A stretch of 63,984 bases of DNA, counting the filler, from Octopus bimaculoides (taxonomy: Eukaryota): assembly GCF_001194135.2 (NCBI RefSeq). It is 8 parts of 6 records of this genome, joined end to end, with 100 filler letters (N's around TTAATTAATTAA, not from the genome) between each part and the next. Parts side by side here need not be neighbours in the genome. Positions count along the whole stretch, not along the records: positions 49,799 to 52,673 come from NC_068984.1; positions 52,774 to 56,466 come from NC_068984.1; positions 56,567 to 62,203 come from NC_068983.1; positions 62,304 to 63,984 come from NW_026411827.1; 4 more parts are not named here. One strand, given 5' to 3'. The notes beneath the pieces are model-generated. The model worked only from the letters and a program-made list of their open reading frames with translations. It searched no databases and was not told where the DNA came from. Below, piece after piece: positions 51,374 through 63,984 of the stretch. Both the position numbers and the translations under genes were made by a program. Numbering within the stretch: position 1 is the first letter of the stretch; each line of letters starts with the position of its first letter.

Positions 51374-52460
51374 CCTTAGTTGACTCATATTGTTGTTGTT
51401 GTTTAGCCCCAGGTATACCTTGATGAAACTCACTTATGATCAACAACATTCCAACCATTGTCATCCCAACTTATATTCAGATAGTATATCTAGGACTATA
51501 TTATCCAATGTGTTTATTTTATTCAAGATTGTAGGCTGTGATCTGAGGGAAATTTGACTACTATTTCTTGCAGGCCTTACAACGATTTAAAAACCCTCTC
51601 ATTGGCTCAACTTGTGCTTATATTGTTGTTGATGATGTTGGTATTGACATTCTTGATGCTGTTGGTGTTATTTAGCTGCAGGTCAATCTGATGGAGAAGA
51701 CCTAGGGTCAAAAACATTCCAAACATTCATTGTGATCACTCTCCTTTTTTTTTTTTTGAGTTATAGTATATCGTAGACTATATTTTCCAATAAGACTGCC
51801 ATTTTTGTTTTCTTTAAGACAGCAGGTTCTAATATCAGGTTGATTTGGTAACTATTTTGCTATTTATAATAAATTGAGTAGCAGTTGATGTCTCCTTGTA
51901 GAAGCTCAATTCTTTATTCTGCTTAATGCAGATACTAACAGTTTTGCATGAACATGTGGAAAGAGTTTTAACAATATGTTGATAATTTAACATTAATGTC
52001 AGCTGAATCAAATGCATTAGGGACTAATGAAACCAACGAACCCTTAAATTGGATTTTAAGCAAAAAAAAGGATCTACTTTCTTATTACACCCACACACCC
52101 CTTTTTACTGTTTATCTAGTAGAGGAGGGCATTCTGTCTGTGTTTAAATATAGGAATACAAAGGGTGGGATTTATATTGTTATATTGTATCATACATAAT
52201 AGGTCAACAATTTTATTTAACTTTTAGGAAAGTGGGTTATACATCAGTAGATGTACACCTAACTTTCCTATGTTAAATTAGAAGTGAACTGAACGCAGAA
52301 ACTCCAATCTGATCAACAACAACAAATATTTATTGTATGGTGGAAAATAAAACAGCTTCCAATTGTCTGGTTTTAGAGTAGCCTGAAATGTAGATGTACG
52401 GTTCTTCGAGCTGGTGTCGTTGTAGAGACAACTTCGTTCAACCACACTCAAATGAGAGAG

Positions 52461-52673
52461 CCTATGGACCTTCGCACTCTGGCACTTCATGCAAGAGCGT
52501 GCCCAAGTGGCAATTGATCGCCGCATATTGGGCCAGAAAAACCGAGCAGTGATAAGCTTTACTGTTGCTGAGATGCCCGGATGTGACAAAGAATGAAGGG
52601 CATCAAACACAGAACGTTGATGGTTCATAGGTACTAAAGGCCAAGGAGAACCTGTGGATGTGTCGCATAATAC
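52461..52673 (-). mobile_element. Ty3/Gypsy integrase zinc-binding (HHCC) fragment
   Basis: LCDTSTG.P.PLVP...VFDALHSLSHPG..AT.KLITARFFWP.M...IATWARSC.KCQ.AKVHR, truncated by a gap. Confidence 0.85.
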
Positions 52674-53163
52674 NNNNNNNNNNNNNNNNNNNNNNNNNNN
52701 NNNNNNNNNNNNNNNNNTTAATTAATTAANNNNNNNNNNNNNNNNNNNNNNNNNNNNNNNNNNNNNNNNNNNNATATATATAAATATATATTAAAATGTA
52801 AAATGAAAACAGAACACAAAGGATTCCGTGGTACACGTGTTTCAAGCTTTATACACAAACAGTCGTTGCATCATTATGAGTATATAATTGATATACAGGG
52901 TGGTTTAAAGCTATCTTCAGCCGCAAACATATTCAGTCCCAAGATTACACCACAAAGAAGAAATCACAAAGAAAAACGAAAAAGAGAGAGAAACAGGAGC
53001 GAGAAAAAGGGAAAGTCCACTTGGTATAATCCATAGTAATATGCTTATCCTTTAAATTGTTATATCTACATAAAAGTCCTCGGTATTCAAAAATCTGTCC
53101 ATATTGTACCATAATTCAGTGTAAATATATATATATATCATTTATATATATTATGTATATATA

Positions 53164-54864
53164 CTGGGTCTACCAGAAAGTTCTGAGATATTTTGAAGGA
53201 TGGAAATAATATAAATTTATTCAAAGCACAATAAATTTTATTCATTAAAGTACCCTACCTCACCCATGTTTGTTAATGACTTTTGTCCATCTCTTCAGCA
53301 GCTTCAAAATTCTATCCATGGAAGGAAAGAAGTTATTCAGGTGGTTTTTGGCTACATCTAAATTCTTTAAATGATTTTCCATTCAAGGAATTTTGCAGGA
53401 ACCAAAATAAAGGAAAATCAGATGTTGCAATCTCAGAGGAGCATTGTAAATGCAGCAAGAGATCTCACTCAAGCTCATGCAACTTAGTGCAGGAAGCTAA
53501 ATCTATATTAGGTCTGGTGTTGTCTGGTTTGAATACACCCCAGTGTCTTCATCTGGTGAAAGATGTTTTAATTCAATTTCTCTAGTTGATAGCAGTACAC
53601 ATCAGAATTGAAGCTCTCATTGTATGGGAAAAAAAGACCCCCTTTTAGGAGCAATCCCATGGTCATGAATGACCATGGGATTTCACCTAGAAATCTACCC
53701 TCCAAGGCGCACAAGTCCAGACATGCTGGTTTATGGGAGACTTGCAGTCACCCATGCATACCAGCCTTCCTTCTCCCTGCCGCCAATGTTAACCAAGGTA
53801 ACAGCAAAGGTAAGGCCAATACAGCTTGGCACCAGGTATGTCACAATTTATTTCTATAGCTGAGTGAACTGGCGCAATGTGAAATAAAGTGTCTTGCTCA
53901 AGAACACAGTACACAGCCCAGTCTGGGAATCAAACTTACTACCTCATGATTGTGAACCTGATGCTCTAACCACTGATCTGTGCAGCAAATAAAATCTTTG
54001 AAATTCCACCAAGCCCACAGCACTTTTATTTTTTTGTTTGAATTTTCTGCTTTGGTTGGTTTTCATGCAAACCCAAGCATCGTTTCCACACTGTTATCAT
54101 AAACAATCCATTTTTCATCTCCATTTTTCATTGTACCACTTACATTAAAAAAGGTTAAGTTTTATTCTGTTTCAAACCTTTAGCATTTAAACTAGCCATA
54201 GTTGGCCCAAATATTCTACCTGCTTTATGCTCAAACTAGTTAGATCTAGCCTTTCACACCTACTCTACAATATCATTCTAAAACTATACAATCAAATCAA
54301 TGAAATCTCAAAGCTATGAGATATTGCATGATTAACTTTAAACAATGTGAATGAATAAGCATTGCATTTGACAGAACAATTTGAGTGCTAAAGGGTTAAG
54401 AATATGTTACAGGTGGAATACCAGTCTATGAAGATGTTCTTGGACAAGTTGTGGATGGACCATATGTCATGGTGGAAATGTGTCCAAGATTCACTAAGTA
54501 TTCATGGACAGAACTTTTTGGAACTCACAAAATTTCTGAAAGCTTGGAAGATCTTCCAGAACTACTTGCATTTTCTATGCTTAAATCCCCATGTTTGAAT
54601 TTTACAAACTATCTCTGAACCATTGATTGTCACCTTCTGCACCTTCATTATACACTTCACAAATGGTTTTAGATGTCTCTGTAGTATTTTCGCCCTTTTC
54701 AAAGAAGAGCATAACATGCTAAAAATACAACTACATGTTATTCTTTTTTGATTGTTTAAGGGCTGACAAAAGTAAGAGATATACTGATTTTTTTTTTGTT
54801 TGGCATGAGACATAGCCAGTAGGTTACCACTCTGCAAATGAATCCAGGACATCAGGTAGACCAG
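53164..54864 (-). mobile_element. Old mariner element interrupted by later SINE insertions (including family C at about 53615-53980)
   Basis: Degenerate TIRs CTGGGTCTACC / GGTAGACCAG. 5' HTH remnant HVMLFFEKGENTTETSKTICEVY (about 54720-54650). 3' remnant GVFKPDNTRP...FLQNSLNGKSF (about 53550-53370). Confidence 0.65.
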
Positions 54865-54902
54865 CATTACTGCAGTTATATGAGGCATTTAAGGACACTA
54901 TA

Positions 54903-54938
<36 letters not shown>

Positions 54939-56589
54939 TATNNNNNNNNNNNNNNNNNNNNNNNNNNNNNNNNNNNNNNNNNNNNNNNNNNNNNNNNNNN
55001 NNNNNNNNNNNNNNNNNNNNNNNNNNNNNNNNNNNNNNNNNNNNNNNNNNNNNNNNNNNNNNNNNNNNNNNNNNNNNNNNNNNNNNNNNNNNNNNNNNNN
55101 NNNNNNNNNNNNATATATATATATATACAAGCATGTATGGGCACAGGATGTCACTAATGGTGCCAATAACATGAAATACATAAACGAGAAACAAATGGAA
55201 AACAGGACAAGTAAACAGAGAAAGGACACTTCATCAGTTGTTGGCTGTCTATCTACTCCTCATTTCAAGCATTCAAAGACAAATGAGTCTTAAAAGACAG
55301 TTGCTCCCATGAATTCTAAAATAAAATTTAGGATTTATGGAGGATCAAAGTTGGGAACAAAAACAGGACAGTGGAGACATACAAGGAAACTGAATGAAAA
55401 CAAACATTGAGGGTCGTTAGACCAGAATGACAGGAAAATAGTGCATGCTGGGAGAAACATTTATTTTGAAAAGAGAAAAGATAGAAGAGAGAAAAACACA
55501 TCTGCTCTTTTGAACGTCTGTGCAAGAAAAGAAGATGGTCACGTGAAAAAAAGGAAGATGGATGATGGTCACATGTGAGCGACAAGAGAGAGAGAGAGGG
55601 AGAATGAAAAAGAGGGGAGAGAGAGAGAGACAGATAGAAAACAGTGTAGGAGGGAGGGGGAGAAAATCTTTATATATATATATTTAAGTATGTATGTACA
55701 TATGTATGTATGTATGGATGGATGGATGGATGGATGGATGTGTGTATGGTTTAAATGGTGTAAAGAGATATAGTATAAAATTCATGTTGACTAAGATTTT
55801 AAGTGTCACTGACAGCTTATTCAACCAATCTGGTTGAATAAGCTGTACATACATACATACGTTAGGAAATATTTACATAAAGAGTAAGAAATGTTCATAC
55901 AGGTGCATACACACAAGCATCAAATACACACACTCACACACGAGCGCGCCCGCGCACACACACACGCACAGTTACTGGTGATTCAGCAACTATCCGTCAG
56001 TGCTTGATCTGTTATCATCACTGGGAGATGGTGACTCTTAAAGAAGGAAAGGAATCATTTTATATAAAATATATCAGTGATAGACCATGGCATGTAGAGC
56101 AATTACAACAGTGAGTACTGCTCTGTGTAGGTGGTGTGTGTGTATGTCTGTGTGTGTATGTGTTTATTGTGTGTGCTTGTGTCTGTGCATATGTGTCTGT
56201 ATGTGTTGGTGTGTACAGTTGAATGAGTGTGTGCATGTAGATGTGAATGTGTGTGTATATGTGTGTGTGTTTGTGGATGTGTGCAAACCTGTGTATGTCT
56301 GAGATGTATGTATGTATTGTGCATATATGTACATGCTTATGTGAGTGTATGTGCTTAATGTGTATGTCTGTGTGTGTCGTTGTGTCTGTGTGCATATGTG
56401 TATGTATGTGAGTGTGTCTGCAAGTGTGTATGCGTATGTCTGCAAGTGTGTATACATCTTTAATGTNNNNNNNNNNNNNNNNNNNNNNNNNNNNNNNNNN
56501 NNNNNNNNNNTTAATTAATTAANNNNNNNNNNNNNNNNNNNNNNNNNNNNNNNNNNNNNNNNNNNNATATATATATATATATATATATA

Positions 56590-56700
56590 CTCTTTCGCTC
56601 TTTTGTTTCAGTCAATTGACTGCGACCGTGCTGGAGCACTGCCTTTAGTCGAACAAATTGACCCAGGACTTGTAAGGCTAGTACTTATTCTATCGGTCTC
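56590..56700 (-). mobile_element. SINE family A tail fragment
   Basis: Reverse complement of the family A tail. Confidence 0.7.
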
Positions 56701-56773
56701 TTCTGCACAGTCATATAGACATATTTAGCATTATGCACCTATATATGACTACCTGACTACCTATGTATAGATA

Positions 56774-56818
<45 letters not shown>

Positions 56819-56840
56819 GTATATATGTATGTCTATAGAC

Positions 56841-56873
<33 letters not shown>

Positions 56874-57327
56874 TATAGATGTGCACATATATATATATAT
56901 ACACACACATACATATATACTTACACACGCGTAAGACCGCGTGCACATACTCGCACGTGCGAACTCACACACACACACATACACTCATACACTCACACAA
57001 GCACACGCACACACACGCATATAGTGGTAGTTTGGTTGAGTGGTTATGAAGTTACCATCTCAGTCATTAAAATTTCAATTCTGCTGCGTGGCGTTTTGTC
57101 TACAGTCTCGGTACAGACAAAATTGGGTAATCGGAGACTGTATGGAATCTCATTAAATGTATTGTAGTTGTAAAACAAAAATCCAACTCTGTCACATAGC
57201 CTCACGCTGATTGTGCCTGAGAAATACTGCTACACTCATCTTCTTTCACACGAACTCAATGAGGCTAGTACTTCAGTTGAATGAGCAACAGCGCACAAAC
57301 GATTGGAAATTCTAGCTGAGATTCATC

Positions 57328-57361
<34 letters not shown>

Positions 57362-57998
57362 NNNNNNNNNNNNNNNNNNNNNNNNNNNNNNNNNNNNNNN
57401 NNNNNNNNNNNNNNNNNNNNNNNNNNNNNNNNNNNNNNNNNNNNNNNNNNNNNNNNNNNNNNNNNNNNNNNNNNNNNNNNNNNNNNNNNNNNNNNNNNNN
57501 NNNNNNNNNNNNNNNNNNNNNNNNNNNNNNNNNNNNNNNNNNNNNNNNNNNNNNNNNNNNNNNNNNNNNNNNNNNNNNNNNNNNNNNNNNNNNNNNNNNN
57601 NNNNNNNNNNNNNNNNNNNNNNNNNNNNNNNNNNNNNNNNNNNNNNNNNNNNNNNNNNNNNNNNNNNNNNNNNNNNNNNNNNNNNNNNNNNNNNNNNNNN
57701 NNNNNNNNNNNNNNNNNNNNNNNNNNNNNNNNNNNNNNNNNNNNNNNNNNNNNNNNNNNNNNNNNNNNNNNNNNNNNNNNNNNNNNNNNNNNNNNNNNNN
57801 NNNNNNNNNNNNNNNNNNNNNNNNNNNNNNNNNNNNNNNNNNNNNNNNNNNNNNNNNNNNNNNNNNNNNNNNNNNNNNNNNNNNNNNNNNNNNNNNNNNN
57901 NNNNNNNNNNNNNNNNNNNNNNNNNNNNNNNNNNNNNNNNNNNNNNNNNNNNNNNNNNNNNNNNNNNNNNNNNNNNNNNNNNNNNNNNNNNNNNNNNN

Positions 57999-58041
<43 letters not shown>

Positions 58042-58109
58042 TTTTATTCTGTTATTCATTTCAGCGGTACGGCTAGACCACCACCGCAATTTTGCACCCT
58101 TACCTTAAT

Positions 58110-58294
58110 TTTTGCAGCATGGCAATAAAGAGCTGAACCCTAAGCTACTGCAGTACAAGACCCTCAGTTTAGATGGAGTGGACACTACCTTTGGTACAAT
58201 ACAACAGTGTCCAGTTCTGGCACTTGTATAACACTCAATGCCGAAATTAGATAGTAGCCCTTCCAGAAATTTCCATATGTAGATTATTTCACAT
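58110..58294 (-). mobile_element. CR1/L2-group LINE ORF2 C-terminal remnant
   Basis: IIYIWKFLEGLLSNFGIECYT.ARTG.CCIVPK...PSKLR..YC.SLGF. Confidence 0.6.
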
Positions 58295-59574
58295 AGGGGT
58301 TGCACAAAATAATGGAAACACCTTCAAATTTCAAACAAATTTATCTTAATATGGAGTAGGACTGCCTTTGGTAGTAATTACTGCTTGAATTCTGCGAGGT
58401 ATGGACTCGTACAAAGTTTGAATTGTTTCCAAAAGAATTTTTGTCCATTTTTCAGCTAAAGCAGTCTCCGGTTCTTGTAGTGATGATGGTGGAGGATATC
58501 AACTCCTTACTTGTTTTTCTAAAATGCACCATAACTGTTCAATAATATTGACATTTGGGTACTGTGGTAGCCAGATAAGATGTTCAACTTCACGAAAATG
58601 TTCCTTATGCCATTCAGTAATAACTTTAGCTGTGTGAATTTGTACATTATCATCCTGAAACATTGTGTTTTCCCCCCGGAAATAGTTCAGCAACCATAGG
58701 ATGAATTGATCAGATAAAATACTTAAATAGTCTTGACCATTAATAATGCCATGAAGGGAAACCATTGGGCCGGCGGATTTCCAAGATATAGCCCCCCCCC
58801 CTTCCCCCGCCGCCAGATCATCACAGATCCTCCTCCATGTTTAACAGTTGGAAGAAGGCGGTGGCTGGGTCAAATGCTTCTTTTGGCTGTCTCCACACGT
58901 ATACTCGGCCGGTGGTCAGAAATATGGTCAAGGATGACTCGTCCGGGAAAATAACATTCTTCCACTGCTTTAGGGGCCAATTCTATAGGTTTTTACTCCA
59001 CTCTAAACGCTTTGCAACGTTTGTTTTTGAAAGTAGTGGTTTTCTGATTGCAGCCCTCCCGTAAAATCCAACTTTGTGCAGCTGCCGGCGAACAGTTTTT
59101 GTGGAAACTGGGTTCTCGAAGTGGTCATTAAGCTCTGCAGTAATTTTGGGAGCTGTACTTTTGTGTTCCTTTCTAATAATTTGCGTAAGACTCCAACGGT
59201 CCCTATCTGAAAGTTTTGGTTTTCTTCCGGAGTTTTGTTTTGACGAGGAGGTTTTTCTGTCTTTCTCATTACTTTCGAGACAGTACTTCTTGATACACCA
59301 AACATTTCAGGTGTTTTCGCTACGCTAGCACCTGCCATACGAGCACCAACAATTTGACCTCTCTGAATGTCCGATAGATCTGTCATTCTAATGAATCTTA
59401 ATTACCTTTTTCTGATGATATCTGAAAAGAAACAGCAATTTTAACAAAACATATTAAGCAACATTAATAATAAATCAAAAGCATAAAAATAAACTAGCTT
59501 TTGACGGTTTTATAGATATTTCAAAATTATGATGCCATGATGCTAGGTATTACCATTATTTAGTCCAACTCTTG
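58295..59574 (-). mobile_element. Tc1-like (DD34E) transposon, near full length, frameshifted
   Basis: MTDLSDIQRGQIVGARMAGASVAKT...VSRSTVSKVM, FQDDN..IHTAK and WLPQYPNVNIIEQLW. Degenerate TIRs AGGGGTTGCACAAAATAATGGAAACACC / GGTATTACCATTATTTAGTCCAACTCTTG. Confidence 0.9.
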
Positions 59575-61089
59575 GATCTATTGCGCCTTGATGTTTGTTG
59601 TTATGAGAAGTTGTGTATAAAAACAGTCTAATGTTATAATCAAGAACCACTCAATATTTATTAGTACAGTACAGATTAATTTTTATAAGGATAAGGTTTN
59701 NNNNNNNNNNNNNNNNNNNNNNNNNNNNNNNNNNNNNNNNNNNNNNNNNNNNNNNNNNNNNNNNNNNNNNNNNNNNNNNNNNNNNNNNNNNNNNNNNNNN
59801 NNNNNNNNNNNNNNNNNNNNNNNNNNNNNNNNNNNNNNNNNNNNNNNNNNNNNNNNNNNNNNNNNNNNNNNNNNNNNNNNNNNNNNNNNNNNNNNNNNNN
59901 NNNNNNNNNNNNNNNNNNNNNNNNNNNNNNNNNNNNNNNNNNNNNNNNNNNNNNNNNNNNNNNNNNNNNNNNNNNNNNNNNNNNNNNNNNNNNNNNNNNN
60001 NNNNNNNNNNNNNNNNNNNNNNNNNNNNNNNNNNNNNNNNNNNNNNNNNNNNNNNNNNNNNNNNNNNNNNNNNNNNNNNNNNNNNNNNNNNNNNNNNNNN
60101 NNNNNNNNNNNNNNNNNNNNNNNNNNNNNNNNNNNNNNNNNNNNNNNNNNNNNNNNNNNNNNNNNNNNNNNNNNNNNNNNNNNNNNNNNNNNNNNNNNNN
60201 NNNNNNNNNNNNNNNNNNNNNNNNNNNNNNNNNNNNNNNNNNNNNNNNNNNNNNNNNNNNNNNNNNNNNNNNNNNNNNNNNNNNNNNNNNNNNNNNNNNN
60301 NNNNNNNNNNNNNNNNNNNNNNNNNNNNNNNNNNNNNNNNNNNNNNNNNNNNNNNNNNNNNNNNNNNNNNNNNNNNNNNNNNNNNNNNNNNNNNNNNNNN
60401 NNNNNNNNNNNNNNNNNNNNNNNNNNNNNNNNNNNNNNNNNNNNNNNNNNNNATATATATATATATATATATATATAAAGAGAGAGAGAGATGAATAAGT
60501 AAACTTGTGTATGTGAATAAGCATGTATGTATACGTGCGTGTATGTATATGTATTTATGCATAAATGGATAGATATGCGTGTGTATATATAAATATATAT
60601 AAATATGTCTATATGAATGCGTGTATTATGCAGCAAAATCGGTTATAGAACTAGATACTAACAGATTTAAAATTAGGAATCTACGAAATTTCAGTTAGAT
60701 CATTTATTTATGATTAAGCTCGCTCTCAAAAAGCATTTTTTTTAAGCGTCAGCAGTTATAAAAATTTGCAATTACTATTTTTCGTGAGATATTTAAGAAG
60801 GTATGTCGATCTGATGAAACCTCATTATATTTAAACGATATTCTATTATTCTTTAAAAACTTGTTTTTATTAATGGAGTTGAAATAGCCGTAATTTATGA
60901 GATGTGTCATCTGTTTGTATAAAATAATAAAATTGAATTGAATTTATCATTTAATGATTAAATTATTAAATTGTTCAATATATTGTTTTCGTTTCGCAAA
61001 ATCAATAGGCATCGCCATTCGGAAAGACTGTCCTGGAAAAAATATAGATAACCATACACTGTTATCGAATACATACACAAACATCAACA

Positions 61090-61473
61090 CAAGGAATACT
61101 GGAGGAACATTCCTGTCTGTTAAGTGTGTACATAATCGGCCGGATATCTTGTTTGGGAGAGACGCGTAAAAGCGTATACTGTCATGGAGGTCAGCTGTCC
61201 TGCTCTTGTGAATATCGCTTTGAGAATCAAAGAGAAAGAGGATAACTATGGATAACTGCTTCGAAACCTCCAGCTTCTATATCCAGATTATAAATTCACA
61301 TCATACTAATAATAACTGGTGCACTTGTTTTGTGAGTAAAATGCATAAGTGACAATCTGGAGGAGCTATGATTTTCAGAAAAAGAAATCAACCAACAAAA
61401 TCGCACATTACAAATACAATCTGTAAATGGAACAGTGAAAATACACAAAACTTTTATCAGGTTTAAAATGTGA
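61090..61473 (+). mobile_element. Second R4/Dong-like RLE C-terminal remnant
   Basis: EYWRNIP..VKCVHNRPDI...MEVSCPA.VNI...KEKEDNYG*LLRNLQLLYPDYKF...SVNGTVKIHKTF. Confidence 0.75.
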
Positions 61474-61632
61474 CATTGCTTTTGTTATCTACATTCCAAT
61501 AATGGAGCTTTGTACCTTCGTTAGAAACCTGCTCCTTCTTCAGAGGAAGAATTTAGATAATTAATAGCAGAAGAGAACATGTATGTATGTATGTATGTAT
61601 GTATGTATGTATGTATGTATGTATGTATGTAT

Positions 61633-61744
61633 GTCATTATTCACTTTATTTCAAGATTTCTTGCCAATAGAGGAAGAACCGCTTTCTAATCTAGATCCAA
61701 GGCTCCTTCATTGGAATTTCAACATCAACAACAGGGTATTTTTG
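61633..61744 (-). repeat. Short (TATG)n-embedded interspersed element, copy 2
   Basis: Matches 861-947 and has the same end points. Confidence 0.75.
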
Positions 61745-61804
61745 TATATATGTATGTATGTATTCTCATGCATGTATGTATGCATAAAAAGATCGATATG
61801 TATG

Positions 61805-61842
<38 letters not shown>

Positions 61843-61913
61843 TGAGTATATGCTGCTCGATTTTCCTCTTGCGAAGAGTCGCTTGAACTTATAAAAGGAA
61901 CGATAGGCATGTA

Positions 61914-61949
<36 letters not shown>

Positions 61950-61955
<6 letters not shown>

Positions 61956-62200
61956 GAACCCCTGCACAGATATCACACCCATATTCCTACTGAATATCCG
62001 GGGCCTATTACGAACAGGCGGCAAAGACAAGTTCCTATACTTGAAAGACCTCGTAACATGCAATCAAGCAATATGCATGGTGCTTATCGAAACGCATCTA
62101 ACACCTAATATAGCAGATGCGGAGATAAATATACCAGAGTATGCCGTACTCCGAACAGACAGAAGGGATAGAAGTCATGGGGGAGTTGCAATGTATATAT
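61950..62200 (+). mobile_element. LINE ORF2 apurinic-like endonuclease N-terminal fragment (CR1/L2 group)
   Basis: LLNIRGL...K..YLKDL.....MVLIETHL.P.I.DAEI.IP.Y...RTDR..R.HGGVAMYI, truncated by a gap. Confidence 0.8.
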
Positions 62201-62329
62201 ATANNNNNNNNNNNNNNNNNNNNNNNNNNNNNNNNNNNNNNNNNNNNTTAATTAATTAANNNNNNNNNNNNNNNNNNNNNNNNNNNNNNNNNNNNNNNNN
62301 NNNTGTTTTTGATTTTGTTGACTACACAG

Positions 62330-63455
62330 TATTGTAGGGTCAGTTGGACACCGTCTGTAAGAAAAACAGCACCATGACGCGATTCACTCTGCCAGAAATT
62401 TGGAAACGACATGCTGTACTGCTTGACTTTCGCGCTGGAAGCTCCAATACGAACATTTCAGAGTGTTTGGATGTCAATCTGAGGACAGTGCAGAGGATTC
62501 GGAAAGAGTTGGAGGAGTCTCATGGTGATTACGAAGGTACGACAGCTTGGAAAACTCACTCTGATCGTTCTCATAAGAAAAGAACTGAATTTGTTGACAA
62601 CGATCACTCCAAGTCAATCAGGTCCATCACCAGGGACATGGGAGTATCTGACTTTCTTATCAGGCAGGTAGTGCATGAAGACATTCGGTATTCCTCATAC
62701 AAGATAAGAAAGGGCCAATTTTTATCCCAAGCCATCAAGGACAAAAGGAAAGACTGCACTTCGAAGCTTTTGGACAAACTCAAGCATCCCCTCCAAACGA
62801 ACATGCTTTTTCTCAGATGAGAAAAATTTCTGCCAGGATCAGATGAACACACAAAACAACCACTGGCTTGCCGTGTCCTCAAAACATGTCCCGAGAGATA
62901 AAAATGAAACATGCAGTCAACATCATGATGGTTGGAGTGATCACTAACGATGGCGACGTTATGCCTCCATTCATCTTCCTACACGGCCCTGGGTCAAGAA
63001 GGAGGCTGCTGGAAGACCCTATGCCTGGCAACAAGACTCTGTACCATGTCACACAAGCAGGAGAACCCAGTCATGGCTGTCAGACAATTTCTGCAACCAC
63101 ATCACCCCTAACATCTGGCCACCTATTTCCCCAAACTGCAACCCTCTTGATTATTATGTGTGGAGCGCAGTTGAGCGAGAGACCAACAAAACTTTTTGTA
63201 ACACCAAAAGATGAACTGAAGACAAGGATTGTGGCAGCATTTACCAACTTAAACAAGGAGACCGTCCAGAAGAGTTGCATGAGATTCTGAAGTCGTCTAG
63301 AGGCCGTGATTGAAGCCAATGGTGATTTTATTGAATAAATTTACTCTTTAGTATTTTAAAATATCTTTATGAAATTTTGGTAAATATATCTGTTAAAATG
63401 AGATGTCAGTGCTATTTTCATTTTTGCGTAATTTAGACAATTCATTCACCGCACC

Positions 63456-63458
<3 letters not shown>
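62330..63458 (+). mobile_element. maT/mori-type (DD37D) Tc1/mariner transposon remnant
   Basis: HTH N-terminus, FSDEK, and WQQDSVPCH...WPPISPNCNPLDYYVW with 37 residues between the second and third Asp. There are deletions and frameshifts. The right TIR-like end is GACAATTCATTCACCGCACCCTA. Confidence 0.88.
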
Positions 63459-63510
<52 letters not shown>

Positions 63511-63624
63511 CACACACACATACACAGATATTTATAAATTGAGGATATAATCATTAAAATGATTATATCAGCTAACGTATAAAAAATGACCATATCTATA
63601 AAAATTAATTTTTAAGTACATAAT

Positions 63625-63946
63625 TATAAAAATATAATAATAATAATAAAGGGTGTCGGAATGCTACCGCATATACGCTAGAAATAGATGTCAAATACCT
63701 ACAATCCACTCTAACTTTGTTCTCTGTTTATAACCCCAGGTTGAATGCGAGGTAATCAGCAAGAAGGTTTACAAAATCTTAAGATATAGGATTATTCGAA
63801 ATTTTCTTAATCTTCTTGCTCATTACCTTGCATTCAACCTGGGGTTATAAATAGAGAACAAATTTAGAGTAGATTGTAGGTATTTGATATCTGCTTCTAG
63901 CGTATAGATGCTGACATTCCAGCGCCCTTAATTATAATTATATTTT

Positions 63947-63950
<4 letters not shown>
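63625..63950. mobile_element. Foldback/hairpin element with arms of about 140 bp and a 45-bp spacer
   Basis: 63625-63766 is the reverse complement of 63812-63950. Confidence 0.85.

Positions 63951-63984
<34 letters not shown>

Noticed and set aside
54404-54620. Plus-strand exon-like frames after TTACAG
   Set aside because: Better explained as the antisense of a degenerate mariner 5' region.
58095-58110. Strong minus-strand donor AAG|GTAAGG suggesting an exon
   Set aside because: The upstream frame is a LINE ORF2 remnant ending in a stop.
61500-61550. CTGAAGA-A-GGAGC...GCTCC hammerhead-like core on the minus strand
   Set aside because: GAAA and stem III are missing, so it is at best a dead remnant.

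Overview
AT-rich, microsatellite-dense, gappy eukaryotic scaffold. It is most likely an octopus (Octopus bimaculoides-type assembly); this is inferred from the repeat families and the gap markers, not proven. Only one host coding exon is recognisable: the first coding exon of an MSL3 chromo-barrel gene on the minus strand (6313-6429), whose downstream exons were not found in the window. The rest is a transposon landscape: tRNA-derived SINEs, MITEs and foldback hairpins, Tc1, mariner and maT remnants, and fragments of RTE, CR1/L2-group, R4/Dong, CRE, Penelope and Gypsy elements. There are three stand-out observations. (1) A mariner with intact TIRs and TA TSDs has its catalytic core replaced by the CCHC plus restriction-like endonuclease module of a CRE-type retrotransposon, one base away from an HTH-nuclease fusion. 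(2) A short element has a tRNA-like head, (AAT)n and a minimal hammerhead-ribozyme tail (three tail copies). (3) A Penelope-associated cluster at 22.2-24.3 kb holds two further minimal hammerheads, interlocking inverted repeats and a tRNA-like fold inside a hairpin. Repeat boundaries were read by eye and are approximate, and family names come from motif recognition without database searches.
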